From Escherichia coli (GTDB taxonomy: Bacteria; Pseudomonadota; Gammaproteobacteria; Enterobacterales; Enterobacteriaceae), in assembly GCF_022846255.1 (NCBI RefSeq), contig NZ_AP025682.1: a stretch of 64,000 bases of DNA; one strand, 5' to 3'. A model generated the notes under the pieces. That model saw only the letters and a list, made by a program, of their open reading frames with translations, did no database searches and was not told the DNA's origin. The first letter of the stretch is position 1; each line of letters starts with the position of its first letter. Below, one piece after another: positions 1 to 10,984 of the stretch. Both the position numbers and the translations under genes were made by a program.

Positions 1-313
1 TACGATGCGGATGCCGCCCCATCTGGATAACTTCTTGTACGCTGAATGGAAACGCCATGTGGCTATTTTGACGCATCACGGCCCGGTGTTTCGCCAGTTC
101 AGTAATCGACCATTCATTTAATGGCTTATTAAACAACCGACATTCGCCGCTATCAGGTTGAAGATAGCCGGTTAGCTGGCGAAGCAGCGTAGATTTTCCC
201 GCACCATTAGGCCCGAGGATGGCAACAATTTCCCCACCGGGAAAAGTCAGCGAGACATTATCAGTCAGACGCCGCCCCTGAAGGCTATAAACCAGATTCT
301 GGGCGCTGATCAT
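1..313 (-). CDS. chuV: Hemin ABC transporter ATP-binding subunit, N-terminal part only (gene runs off the window start)
   Basis: Reverse complement of 1-313 translates [16 protein letters not shown]...[11 protein letters not shown] (Walker A); start codon overlaps chuU stop (ATGA). Confidence 0.8.
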
Positions 314-1302
314 GTGATCCTCCGGTTGCGCAGAATCAACCACATAAAATAAGGGCCACCAAGCAGGCTGGTTAATAATCCCACGGGCATTTCTGCTGGC
401 TGTACCAGCGTGCGGGCAAGCGTGTCTGCCATCAGCAATAAACAGGCTCCGGCGAGGGCGGAACAAGGGATTAGCCAGCGGTGATTTGCCCCGGTAGTCA
501 TGCGAATCAGATGCGGGATCACCAGGCCAATAAAGCCGATAATGCCGCTTACCGATACGGCAGCACCAACGAGCAGTGAGCTCACTAACAGTAATTGCTG
601 GCGTTTACGCTTCACGTTCACGCCGAGGTAGTGGGCTTCTTCATCACCGAGCTGCAGTAAATTCAGCGTTCCGGCGAGACAAGTTGTTGCGATAATGGCC
701 GGTAGGATGAATGAACTGGCAACCAATAACGTCGGCCATTGCGCCTGTCCAAGATTGCCCATCATCCACAATGTGAGTTGTCGTAGCTGCTGCTCATCGC
801 CGATATAGCTCAGGATGCCGATCGCTGCGCCGCACAGGGCATTGATGGCGATACCGGCGAGTAATAATTGCATCATGCTGCCATCGCGATGGCGCTGCGT
901 GATGAGAAAAATGATGGTGCAGACCACTAAACTTCCGGCAATGGCAAACACCATTTGCTCATAGAGCACCAGCACCACTGGGAAGGAGAAGGGCAGCACA
1001 ATAGCAACGCCAACCATTAATGCAGAACCGCTACTGACGCCGAGTAATCCAGGGTCAGCCATTGGGTTGCGAAAAAGCCCCTGCATAATTACCCCGGCGG
1101 TTGCCAACGCTGCACCTACCAGCACCGCCAGCAAAACCCGTGGTAGACGAATATTGAGCCAGATATCGCGGTATTCCTCATCAAAAAGGGCATCAAAACT
1201 GATCTTTAACGCTCCCTGACTGGCACCAAACAGCACCAGAGCTAGCAATAATAGTGATAGCCCCATAAAGACCCTGGCGGAAGAGAGTGAATCCTTGAGC
1301 AC
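310..1302 (-). CDS. chuU: Hemin ABC transporter permease (FecCD family)
   Basis: 330 aa polytopic membrane ORF, FecCD/BtuC-like; position within chuTWXYUV cluster. Confidence 0.9.
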
Positions 1303-1350
1303 GCAAAACTCCGTTACGACATTACGGCGCGGACATGCCGCGCCGGGGGA

Positions 1351-1974
1351 TCACGCCGGTTTCAGGTCCGGTTCAATCAGACTGTAGACCTGCTGGTTAA
1401 GTGCTGGCGCATTTGCCAGTTCATGGATATGTGCGGCGACATCAGCACGGTTAATAAAACCATGACACTCCTGATTTTGTATCCGTTGTGCTTTGCCCGT
1501 TGCCGCACCATCAAGCAGACCGCCAGGGCGGAGAATGGCATAATCAAGCTGGCTGGTTTGCAACCAGCTTTCCGCCAGCGTTTTTTCCCGTACCGCCTGA
1601 CCAAACGCAGCCTTTGCCCGCTCTGATAAAAACGGCCAGCTATCGCCGCATCCCAAAGAGGTCACCAGAATCATGCGACTGATGCCTGCTTTCTCGGCCT
1701 CGTCAATCACTGTTCTGTGCGCCAGATAATCCTGAGCTCCGCCCATTGTTGAGATGATAAGCGCATCCGGGCCAGCTGCGCGGCAAGCAGCCGCGACTAC
1801 GCTGGCATCACAGGCGTCGCCTGTAAAAACCTGTACGCCTTGTTGCGCCAGTTTCGTGGCGGCATCGGCATGACGAATGACAGCAACGACCGGACGTTGT
1901 TCCGCCAGCGCCAGTTCAAGCGTTCTGGCACCCACACCTTTTCCGCCTGCGCCAAAGAGTAGCCACGGTGTCAT
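1351..1974 (-). CDS. chuY: NAD(P)-binding protein of anaerobic heme degradation pathway (ChuY-like)
   Basis: 207 aa ORF with N-terminal GxGxxG Rossmann motif (LLFGAGGKGVG); operon context. Confidence 0.8.
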   Translation of the reverse strand: MTPWLLFGAGGKGVGARTLELALAEQRPVVAVIRHADAATKLAQQGVQVFTGDACDASVVAAACRAAGPDALIISTMGGAQDYLAHRTVIDEAEKAGISRMILVTSLGCGDSWPFLSERAKAAFGQAVREKTLAESWLQTSQLDYAILRPGGLLDGAATGKAQRIQNQECHGFINRADVAAHIHELANAPALNQQVYSLIEPDLKPA

Positions 1975-2468
1975 CAGGCGTGTTCCTTTAACGATGCTGC
2001 CAGAGCATGGAAGGCGCTGACTTGTTCGCTCAGGAGCTGACGATGATCATCCCTACCGAGGAAGATTTTCAGCATTGCGCTGCCTTCCTTATTGAAAAAG
2101 AGAATAGAGGCGGTGTCCATGCCCATAAATTTACGTTCGATCAAGGCAATATGCGTGCAGTTTTCTGCTTTGATATGCCCGGACATGCCGTGCTTTCCGC
2201 GTAGGTTGAAATAGCCGTGGCGATGGAAACCCGAAGGCAGTTCGCCGCTAAATTCGAGTATTACATCGGTAGTATGTACTAACGTGGTGACGTTGCCCCA
2301 TTCGCAGACGGTATCCCAGACAGTATCGAATTTATCACCTGACACAACAGTCGGAGAGGGCAGATTTTTCACTACCTCCAGCAGCGTGGTGTTGTATTGT
2401 TCGGCGATCGCCTCCAGCGTACCGTCTGGCTCCGTTTTCAAAAATTCCTGTAACGAGACATGGCTCAT
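1974..2468 (-). CDS. chuX: Heme-binding/carrier protein ChuX
   Basis: 164 aa ORF between chuW and chuY, stop/start overlap; recalled ChuX family. Confidence 0.8.
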   Translation of the reverse strand: MSHVSLQEFLKTEPDGTLEAIAEQYNTTLLEVVKNLPSPTVVSGDKFDTVWDTVCEWGNVTTLVHTTDVILEFSGELPSGFHRHGYFNLRGKHGMSGHIKAENCTHIALIERKFMGMDTASILFFNKEGSAMLKIFLGRDDHRQLLSEQVSAFHALAASLKEHA

Positions 2469-2480
2469 AAATCACTCCTG

Positions 2481-3818
2481 TTATGGTTTTTCAAGCGCAA
2501 TTGCTGGCGCATTAAGTACCTGAATCAGTTCATTAAGAGACTGCAAAATGTTGCTTGCCCAGAAACGACCTTCATTGGTCAACCGCAGACACGTTGACGC
2601 ATCGCGGCTTAAGCCTTTTTGGTGCCACTGGGCCAGTAACGGCGCGAGTTTTTCGGCATGTGGCGTAAGTTCGTCCAGCGGTACACGCGCCGTTTCAATG
2701 CCCGACTGCAAGGTATGACGCCATTGCGCATTACGTTCGGCGTTACGCATGATCATCATCAGCGGTTTTTTGCCTGCCGCGACGGATTCATGCCAGGTCT
2801 GAAGATTGCGTTCGTTCATCCAGGAGTACCCATTAATCGAACCGCCGGCTCCGGAACCAAAGGCCAGACAATCGGCACCTTGTTTAATCAGCAGGTTATA
2901 GAGATTGCGTTCGCGTGTGGTACGGCCCCAGTGGCTGTTACTGATGCAGCGCCAACCGGCATCGTCCATAAAATCACACCCTTGCAGGTAAAGATCGCGA
3001 CGTTCTGCCGGAGAGGGCACGGTAGTACGCCCATTTTCCACGGCTTTGCCCAGCGGTGTATTGGGCAGGACATTGAGCGCATAGAGATCGACGCCGTCGA
3101 GACCGATATCGCGGGCAATAGCCAGATCTTCTCCCCAGGTTTGCGCATCCTGACCCGGCAGACCAAACAGCAGGTCACAGACCACCGCGGCACGATCGCG
3201 TTTGACCAGGCTTTCCATAAACGCAATAGCGGTTGGGCCATCCGAGGTGCGGGCCATTTTCTTGCGGATTTTGCTGTTAAACGACTGAATACCAATTGAG
3301 AAGCGGTTTGCTCCTGCATCAAGGCAAGCATCGATTCGCTCAGCGTCAAAATTCAGTACCCGGCCTTCGATAGTGATTTCACAATCAGGGGCCAGTGGCA
3401 GCTTTTCTCGTAATGTGGTGATGATTCTGGCCAAATCGTGTGCTGAAAGCGCGGAAGGCGTACCGCCACCGAAATAGACCGCGTGGATGGGGGCCGACTG
3501 ATGCAATACGCTGTCTGCTTCCATTTCTATTTCACGAATCAGGGCATCGGTATAATGAGCACACGCATCGTCATTAAAACGGTTCTGATAAAAACCACAA
3601 AACGTGCAGTGTGTCGCACAAAAAGGAATGTGTAGGTAAACCAGTCGCTTACGTGGTGATACCGTTTGATTGATCATCTCTTGCCAGGTCTGTGCCAGTT
3701 GCTCTTTGGCAACCGGAATGGCCCCACGAAACGGCATCATGGCGCGCCTGTCTTTAAAGGGCTGATCACCGTCTAAAGCAAAATGTGGCGTGAGATCCAG
3801 GGTGTTATTTGTGTTCAT
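2481..3818 (-). CDS. chuW: Radical SAM heme-degrading methyltransferase (HemN-like) ChuW
   Basis: 445 aa ORF with CxxxCxxC radical SAM motif (CATHCTFCGFY). Confidence 0.85.
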   Translation of the reverse strand: MNTNNTLDLTPHFALDGDQPFKDRRAMMPFRGAIPVAKEQLAQTWQEMINQTVSPRKRLVYLHIPFCATHCTFCGFYQNRFNDDACAHYTDALIREIEMEADSVLHQSAPIHAVYFGGGTPSALSAHDLARIITTLREKLPLAPDCEITIEGRVLNFDAERIDACLDAGANRFSIGIQSFNSKIRKKMARTSDGPTAIAFMESLVKRDRAAVVCDLLFGLPGQDAQTWGEDLAIARDIGLDGVDLYALNVLPNTPLGKAVENGRTTVPSPAERRDLYLQGCDFMDDAGWRCISNSHWGRTTRERNLYNLLIKQGADCLAFGSGAGGSINGYSWMNERNLQTWHESVAAGKKPLMMIMRNAERNAQWRHTLQSGIETARVPLDELTPHAEKLAPLLAQWHQKGLSRDASTCLRLTNEGRFWASNILQSLNELIQVLNAPAIALEKP

Positions 3819-3837
3819 TCGTCTGATTTAAATCCAT

Positions 3838-4671
3838 TTATTGCGGCCAAAGCTGCTGGTGTAAAGACTCAACGACATCAGCAATACGCGGACCCATTCC
3901 CAGAATCAGGTTTTGATCAACGGTGATAATGCGCTGGTTTTTCCATGCGGTAGTGTGGGTAATTCCGGCAATAGAACGTAGCCGATTAATATCGCCATCG
4001 ACCATTTGTGAGGTGACGACAATCACTTCAGGGTTAGCCGCAATCAGCGATTCCGCGCTGTAGCTTTTGTACTGCTGGTGGGTAGCGACGTTTTCTGCTC
4101 CGGCAAGCGAAAGAATGGCGTCCGCGACGCTGCCTTTACCGGCAACCTGCGGCGCACTTCCGCCTGCGGAGAGAATAAACATGGCTTTAACCGGGGCTTT
4201 TTTGGCCGCCACGTTTTGCTGTACTCGCTCCAGGCGTTGGTTGATCTGTGTCACCAGCGCCTCGCCTTGTTCAGGAACCTGTAACGTTTTTGCCAGTTGG
4301 CGAATGTTGGCGTACATCTGCTCAAGGGTGGCTGGTACACGCGGCAGAGTGACGACGTTGACTTTTTGCGCCCGCAGTTGGTCGAGCACAATTTGCGGTC
4401 CTGCATCCTGCCAGGTAATTACGCTATCCGGGCGAAGTGACAAAATGCCTTCGCTGCTGAGTTGTTTCCAGTAACCAATATGCGGCAGTTTGGCGGTTTC
4501 TGGTGGATAAGATGTCGTTTCATCGACACCAACCACGCGTTTGCCAGCGCCCATCGCGTAGATTAGCTCCGTCAGCGATCCTCCTGCGACCACGATACGT
4601 TCGGCAGCCGTTACGCTAAAAGTCCAGCTAAGAGCCAGTAATGCCGTAAACAATTTTTTTCGTTTTACCAT
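3838..4671 (-). CDS. chuT: Periplasmic hemin-binding protein; start chosen at MVKRKK signal peptide (alternative upstream starts at 4752 or 4830)
   Basis: Classical signal peptide MVKRKKLFTALLALSWTFSVTAA; Fur-box-like site lies ~105 bp upstream of this start. Confidence 0.75.
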   Translation of the reverse strand: MVKRKKLFTALLALSWTFSVTAAERIVVAGGSLTELIYAMGAGKRVVGVDETTSYPPETAKLPHIGYWKQLSSEGILSLRPDSVITWQDAGPQIVLDQLRAQKVNVVTLPRVPATLEQMYANIRQLAKTLQVPEQGEALVTQINQRLERVQQNVAAKKAPVKAMFILSAGGSAPQVAGKGSVADAILSLAGAENVATHQQYKSYSAESLIAANPEVIVVTSQMVDGDINRLRSIAGITHTTAWKNQRIITVDQNLILGMGPRIADVVESLHQQLWPQ

Positions 4672-4775
4672 GGTCTTCGCGGCAGAGGCCACGGCTGAAA
4701 TACATAACGTCAGTGGGGAAAAAAGAAACGGCCTGGTGATGATCCTTGGCATAATGTGAGAACTCTTATCAAATT

Positions 4776-4797
4776 GAGAATGATCATGATTATCATT
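4776..4797. promoter_or_regulatory. Fur-box-like operator upstream of chuTWXYUV
   Basis: gagaatgatcatgattatcatt resembles Fur consensus GATAATGATAATCATTATC. Confidence 0.5.
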
Positions 4798-5125
4798 TGA
4801 GTTATATATGAAATACAACCGTCGATTCAATACGCAAGGCGTTACAAGCGTATTTATTTTTGATTTTTATCAAGATGCTTCGTCAGCTAATGTTCTTGTT
4901 ACCGATTAAATTTCAGCGCGGGAAAAAGCTGAGAACCCGGAGATATCGCGGCTTGCAGAGCAAAGAGAAGAGAAAATTATCACTGTTAACGACAACGTTT
5001 TGTGATGAGGTTGTGGGGGGATAGCCATAAACACAGGATGGTTTTCTGGATGCTGGATAGATTTCATAACCCCCTGTTTATTGTGTTAATGGCGGTTAAA
5101 AAAAGCTTGATCATAAAAAATTGAT

Positions 5126-5144
5126 CGATAATAATTCTCATTAT
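5126..5144. promoter_or_regulatory. Fur-box-like operator upstream of chuA
   Basis: gataataattctcattatc, about 15 of 19 matches to Fur consensus; ~290 bp upstream of chuA start. Confidence 0.55.
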
Positions 5145-5435
5145 CACGTTTGAGTTTAACAAAATATGACATCATGGATAACAAAATCATATCTTTTGTA
5201 AGGGAAAACGCACAGCACTCTTCACTTCAGACGTGGCGTACTACTTTGCCTGACAAAGAGGGCGTGCTTTTGCTGAATTATCAGAAATATTCGGCAATTT
5301 TACGGGATATATACGCTAATAGCTTCCCGTGGTGATATCTAATCATTTGAATTGTAAATAAATTTATTTTTCGCCAGCCACCCCGGTATTAACCCAGGCA
5401 GCCAGCATTTTTTATTTTCCTCATGGAGAATCGCT

Positions 5436-7418
5436 ATGTCACGTCCGCAATTTACCTCGTTGCGTTTGAGTTTGTTGGCTTTGGCTGTTTCTGCCACCTT
5501 GCCAACATTTGCTTTTGCTACTGAAACCATGACCGTTACGGCAACGGGGAATGCACGTAGTTCCTTCGAAGCGCCTATGATGGTCAGCGTTATCGACACT
5601 TCCGCTCCTGAAAATCAAACTGCTACTTCAGCCACTGATTTGCTGCGTCATGTTCCTGGAATTACTCTTGATGGTACCGGACGAACCAACGGTCAGGATG
5701 TAAATATGCGTGGCTATGATCATCGCGGCGTGCTGGTTCTTGTCGATGGTGTTCGCCAGGGAACGGATACCGGACACCTGAATGGTACTTTTCTCGATCC
5801 GGCGCTGATCAAGCGTGTTGAGATTGTTCGCGGACCTTCAGCATTACTGTATGGCAGTGGCGCGCTGGGTGGAGTGATCTCCTACGATACGGTCGATGCA
5901 AAAGATTTATTGCAGGAAGGACAAAGCAGTGGTTTTCGTGTCTTTGGTACTGGCGGCACGGGGGACCATAGCCTGGGATTAGGCGCGAGCGCGTTTGGGC
6001 GAACTGAAAATCTGGATGGTATTGTGGCCTGGTCCAGTCGCGATCGGGGTGATTTACGCCAGAGCAATGGTGAAACCGCGCCGAATGACGAATCCATTAA
6101 TAACATGCTGGCGAAAGGGACCTGGCAAATTGATTCAGCCCAGTCTCTGAGCGGTTTAGTGCGTTACTACAACAACGACGCGCGTGAACCAAAAAATCCG
6201 CAGACCGTTGAAGCTTCTGATAGCAGCAACCCGATGGTCGATCGTTCAACAATTCAACGCGATGCGCAGCTTTCTTATAAACTCGCCCCGCAGGGTAACG
6301 ACTGGTTAAATGCAGATGCAAAAATTTACTGGTCGGAAGTCCGTATTAATGCGCAAAACACGGGGAGTTCCGGCGAGTATCGTGAACAGATAACAAAAGG
6401 AGCAAGGCTGGAGAACCGTTCCACTCTATTTGCCGACAGTTTCGCTTCTCACTTACTGACATATGGCGGTGAGTATTATCGTCAGGAACAACATCCGGGT
6501 GGCGCGACGACGGGCTTCCCGCAAGCAAAAATCGATTTTAGCTCTGGCTGGCTACAAGATGAGATCACCTTACGCGATCTGCCGATTACCCTGCTTGGCG
6601 GAACCCGCTATGACAGTTATCGCGGTAGCAGCGACGGCTACAAAGATGTTGATGCCGACAAATGGTCATCTCGTGCGGGGATGACTATCAACCCGACCAA
6701 CTGGCTGATGTTATTTGGCTCATATGCTCAGGCATTCCGCGCCCCGACGATGGGCGAAATGTATAACGATTCTAAACACTTCTCGATTGGTCGCTTCTAT
6801 ACCAACTATTGGGTGCCAAACCCGAACTTACGTCCGGAAACTAACGAAACTCAGGAGTACGGTTTTGGGCTGCGTTTTGATGACCTGATGTTGTCCAATG
6901 ATGCTCTGGAATTTAAAGCCAGCTACTTTGATACCAAAGCGAAAGATTATATCTCCACGACCGTCGATTTCGCGGCGGCGACAACTATGTCGTATAACGT
7001 CCCGAACGCCAAAATCTGGGGCTGGGATGTGATGACGAAATATACCACTGATCTGTTTAGCCTTGATGTGGCCTATAACCGTACCCGCGGCAAAGACACC
7101 GATACCGGGGAATATATCTCCAGCATTAACCCGGATACCGTTACCAGTACCCTGAATATTCCGATCGCTCACAGTGGCTTCTCTGTTGGTTGGGTCGGTA
7201 CGTTTGCCGATCGCTCAACACATATCAGCAGCAGCTACAGCAAACAACCTGGCTATGGTGTGAATGATTTCTACGTCAGTTATCAAGGGCAGCAGGCGCT
7301 CAAAGGCATGACCACTACTCTGGTATTGGGCAACGCCTTCGATAAAGAGTACTGGTCGCCGCAAGGCATCCCACAGGATGGTCGTAACGGAAAAATTTTC
7401 GTGAGTTATCAATGGTAA
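5436..7418 (+). CDS. chuA: TonB-dependent outer membrane heme/hemoglobin receptor
   Basis: 660 aa, signal peptide, TonB-box region (ETMTVTA), C-terminal terminal F/W barrel signature (VSYQW). Confidence 0.9.
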   Translation: MSRPQFTSLRLSLLALAVSATLPTFAFATETMTVTATGNARSSFEAPMMVSVIDTSAPENQTATSATDLLRHVPGITLDGTGRTNGQDVNMRGYDHRGVLVLVDGVRQGTDTGHLNGTFLDPALIKRVEIVRGPSALLYGSGALGGVISYDTVDAKDLLQEGQSSGFRVFGTGGTGDHSLGLGASAFGRTENLDGIVAWSSRDRGDLRQSNGETAPNDESINNMLAKGTWQIDSAQSLSGLVRYYNNDAREPKNPQTVEASDSSNPMVDRSTIQRDAQLSYKLAPQGNDWLNADAKIYWSEVRINAQNTGSSGEYREQITKGARLENRSTLFADSFASHLLTYGGEYYRQEQHPGGATTGFPQAKIDFSSGWLQDEITLRDLPITLLGGTRYDSYRGSSDGYKDVDADKWSSRAGMTINPTNWLMLFGSYAQAFRAPTMGEMYNDSKHFSIGRFYTNYWVPNPNLRPETNETQEYGFGLRFDDLMLSNDALEFKASYFDTKAKDYISTTVDFAAATTMSYNVPNAKIWGWDVMTKYTTDLFSLDVAYNRTRGKDTDTGEYISSINPDTVTSTLNIPIAHSGFSVGWVGTFADRSTHISSSYSKQPGYGVNDFYVSYQGQQALKGMTTTLVLGNAFDKEYWSPQGIPQDGRNGKIFVSYQW

Positions 7419-7466
7419 TCATCTGCCCCGATATTTCGGGGCATTTATCTGGAAGGAAGAGAGACA

Positions 7467-8495
7467 ATGAACCACTACACACGCTGGCTTGAGTTAAAAG
7501 AACAAAATCCCGGAAAGTACGCGCGTGACATCGCAGGTTTAATGAATATCAGCGAAGCAGAACTGGCATTTGCACGCGTCACGCACGACGCGTGGCGGAT
7601 GCGCGGCGATATTCGTGAAATTCTGGCGGCGCTGGAAAGCGTTGGTGAAACCAAATGTATTTGTCGTAATGAATATGCAGTCCATGAGCAAGTTGGCTCG
7701 TTCACAAACCAGCATTTGAACGGACATGCCGGATTGATCCTCAATCCGCGCGCGCTGGATTTACGTCTGTTTCTCAATCAATGGGCCAGTGTTTTCCACA
7801 TCAAAGAAAACACGGCTCGTGGCGAACGCCAGAGTATTCAGTTCTTTGATCATCAGGGCGATGCATTACTAAAAGTTTATGCCACCGACAATACCGATAT
7901 GGCGGCATGGAGTGAGCTTCTGGCACGGTTTATCACCGATGAGAATACGCCGCTTGAGTTAAAAGCCGTTGATGCGCCAGTTGTTCAAACGCGAGCCGAT
8001 GCCAGTGTGGTCGAGCAAGAGTGGCGGGCGATGACCGACGTTCATCAGTTTTTTACGTTGCTCAAGCGCCACAACCTGACGCGCCAACAGGCGTTCAATC
8101 TGGTGGCAGACGATTTGGCCTGCAAAGTATCCAACAGTGCGTTGGCGCAAATTCTTGAATCTGCACAGCAGGATGGCAATGAAATCATGGTGTTTGTTGG
8201 CAACCGTGGCTGCGTACAGATTTTCACCGGTGTGGTAGAAAAAGTGGTGCCAATGAAAGGTTGGCTGAATATTTTCAACCCGACGTTTACCCTTCATCTA
8301 TTAGAAGAGAGCATTGCTGAAGCCTGGGTTACCCGTAAACCGACCAGCGATGGTCACGTAACCAGTCTGGAATTGTTTGCCCATGATGGTACGCAGATAG
8401 CGCAACTTTATGGTCAACGTACAGAAGGTGAACAGGAGCAAGCGCAATGGCGTAAGCAAATTGCTTCGTTGATACCGGAAGGCGTTACTGCATAA
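7467..8495 (+). CDS. chuS: Heme oxygenase / hemin degrading protein (HemS/ChuS family)
   Basis: 342 aa ORF immediately downstream of chuA; recalled ChuS/HemS family. Confidence 0.85.
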   Translation: MNHYTRWLELKEQNPGKYARDIAGLMNISEAELAFARVTHDAWRMRGDIREILAALESVGETKCICRNEYAVHEQVGSFTNQHLNGHAGLILNPRALDLRLFLNQWASVFHIKENTARGERQSIQFFDHQGDALLKVYATDNTDMAAWSELLARFITDENTPLELKAVDAPVVQTRADASVVEQEWRAMTDVHQFFTLLKRHNLTRQQAFNLVADDLACKVSNSALAQILESAQQDGNEIMVFVGNRGCVQIFTGVVEKVVPMKGWLNIFNPTFTLHLLEESIAEAWVTRKPTSDGHVTSLELFAHDGTQIAQLYGQRTEGEQEQAQWRKQIASLIPEGVTA

Positions 8496-8551
8496 CGTAT
8501 AATTAACGGGAGGTCTGGCTGTTGCTGGGCCTCTTTATATTGTTCAATCGT

Positions 8552-9082
8552 TCACACCAGATAATTAATATGCTGATGGCGTACCAGCTCATTGATCCGC
8601 TTAAGATTGAGGATCATCATGATATTGTGTTTATGGCAGTAGAACGTTTTTAGCGATATTTTCAGTTTCTCCAGAATATCTTCCGTTGTCATTTGATTCG
8701 CAATGCAGCTCAGAACCTGATGCTGCTTGCGCGAGAGGGACACATCCGCTTCAGGCACAGAGCAGTAACTGCCATTGATGAGTGCGACAAAGTCGATGAT
8801 GGCGATAGTTCGCGGAACAAAGGTCACCGGTACTTTCCCCAGGCAGCGTTTAATATTAAAGGGGGAGAAAATAATTACATGGACAGGTTTTAATCGTTCA
8901 ATTTGAGTGAGAAAATTAGAATGAAATACATTATTCATTAATGTATCAATAATGACGAAGGCATTCTGATGCAACATTACGTCGATTTCTTCTTCGTTCT
9001 GTATATGAACGACATTACCTTTACTCAGAATGTTTTTCATCGCGGTGAAAAACATCGTATCCCTGGTAATTATAAGAAACAT
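8552..9082 (-). CDS. dctR: LuxR-family transcriptional regulator DctR (YhiF)
   Basis: 176 aa, matches recalled K-12 DctR; C-terminal LuxR-type HTH. Confidence 0.85.
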   Translation of the reverse strand: MFLIITRDTMFFTAMKNILSKGNVVHIQNEEEIDVMLHQNAFVIIDTLMNNVFHSNFLTQIERLKPVHVIIFSPFNIKRCLGKVPVTFVPRTIAIIDFVALINGSYCSVPEADVSLSRKQHQVLSCIANQMTTEDILEKLKISLKTFYCHKHNIMMILNLKRINELVRHQHINYLV

Positions 9083-9234
9083 AACCGACTCCTGGTACGG
9101 ACATTAACTTTATAATAAGTTTGCCAAAGGTAATTAACAGGACAGGGCTTATAATAATAGTTAGCTTACTGTGTATTAATTTGATGTAATGCATGATGCA
9201 GATACTGAGAAAGCATCTGCATCTTTCGGTGGTG

Positions 9235-9801
9235 TTATTTGACCAGCTCAGGTGTTACCTGACTCACCGCATTGGTGTAGTAAGGAGCCCCCCAGCCCGG
9301 TTCCGGCCAGAATGCACCATAGCCGTAATCCCACAAGTTATAGGTGGTATTAACCACTTCTCTCAAATGCCACACCTGGATGCCCTGCATATTCACTTCC
9401 AGGAAGTTATACGGGACTTTATTGATAAAGCCAGGTTGTTCACCCTGAATGGTACCGAGGATGGTAACAAAGTGATTACGATAGTTCACTGGATCAAGGA
9501 AGCCGCTTTGTCTGGCGAGCAGTCGGCCCTGATAGTTGGCTTCAATATCAGGCTTCGCATAGCTATCCAACGGTAATACAGCGATTTCTAACAACGTATC
9601 CGTTTTGCCATTGATAACGTTGATAACCTTCCCGCCAAAGCGCGCTTGTTGACCAACATATAACCCCGGCTGGTTATGAACAGCAACAAAACTTTTTTGA
9701 ATATCAGGTTGGTTATTGCCTTTGATATTTTGCGGAATTGAACTACATGCGGCAAGCAAAAATGAAAGGCTGAGGATGAGTGCACCTTTTGTCATGTTCA
9801 T
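9235..9801 (-). CDS. slp: Outer membrane starvation lipoprotein Slp
   Basis: MNMTKGALILSLSFLLAACSS lipobox; matches recalled Slp. Confidence 0.85.
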   Translation of the reverse strand: MNMTKGALILSLSFLLAACSSIPQNIKGNNQPDIQKSFVAVHNQPGLYVGQQARFGGKVINVINGKTDTLLEIAVLPLDSYAKPDIEANYQGRLLARQSGFLDPVNYRNHFVTILGTIQGEQPGFINKVPYNFLEVNMQGIQVWHLREVVNTTYNLWDYGYGAFWPEPGWGAPYYTNAVSQVTPELVK

Positions 9802-10898
9802 GTTACTATCCTTATCAACAAATATTAAAACCATAATAGATATTTCTTTATAGTTTTCATCTGATTCTGAGGCGATATGCCTGATAGTAACGTAAACCTG
9901 TCTGATGTTTATATCTCTTCTGTTTAGTTGAGTTCAGTTAATTTTTGGGCGTGGCATGAGTATCCATTGTTCCATAATCTATATTCAGAGGTTTTTAATC
10001 TTTTCGTGTCTAATATTATTTATCTGATTAAGTATTGATTGTGTCTTTTGCGGAAGTGGTGTCGAGCTTATCGTTTCAATGTTATTAATAAGACTTACAA
10101 GTTGAGCCTCAACTTTGAGTAGTCTGCATTTGTATATGTGGTGTTCGTATGGCACGCATTAATTTGTTGGCGTTGTTGCGCTAAATCAAATTGTTCAGAG
10201 GTGTATCCATTCTCCAGAGAATGGGGCATTAATGGGGTGTTGTTCTTCCCGGTTATCACAAGGCCACTTCGGTGTGTCTGGCGTTTTAACATTATCGGTA
10301 TTTGTTGTGCAGTTATAAATATCACCGTTATATGTATTTATTACACCTGGGGTAAAGTCAATTGACATAACATTCCTTATTCATCATTTGTTTTATGCTA
10401 AGATTTTTAAATTGGATAATTAGAACAGGAATGGATTTTCTTCTACATACAGTAAATATAATGCGTCATATCTTCCTGATATAATTACCTTTGACTTCTC
10501 TTTTATTTCCATCTGGTAATATTTGAGTGCAAAAAAAGGCAATAATCATATCGCAAAAGAAAACGTTAACAACTATCGAAAATGCTCGTTTTAAAAAGGT
10601 ATGATGTTCTCTGATAGTGTGTGAAGTGATATTTTTGTGATGTTTTAGATATGTAATAATAAAATAGGTTAACGTATGTTGAAATTATTTATTGTGTAAA
10701 CCACTGATAAATCATAATCCAGTACATCTTTAAACTGCTGCACTGTATCGCTGATAACTAAGCAGCTCACTGATACACCATGCTGGACGCGATAATTGGA
10801 ATCTCACGCAGGGAGTACTGTGTAAATAGCAAAATCGCCTGATACGCTACGACTGTCAGGCCTACAAATAACATACAATTCATCGAATTATCATAACG

Positions 10899-10939
10899 TT
10901 GTAGGTCGGATAAAACGCGCCAGCGTCGCATCCGACATA
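10899..10939. repeat. REP (repetitive extragenic palindrome) element
   Basis: gttgtaggtcggataaaacgcgccagcgtcgcatccgacat, typical REP palindrome. Confidence 0.5.
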
Positions 10940-10984
10940 AATAAAGCGCATTTTTCTAACAACCTGTGGGGGAATATAGCCGCT

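Noticed and set aside
5150..5335. 61-aa ORF inside the chuA upstream region
   Set aside because: Lies within the long chuA 5' leader between the Fur-box-like site and the chuA start; no RBS or family resemblance; more likely non-coding leader.
9835..10984. Possible yhiS pseudogene remnant between slp and arsC
   Set aside because: Only short, frame-switching ORFs in AT-rich DNA; I cannot recognise any protein family, so left unannotated.
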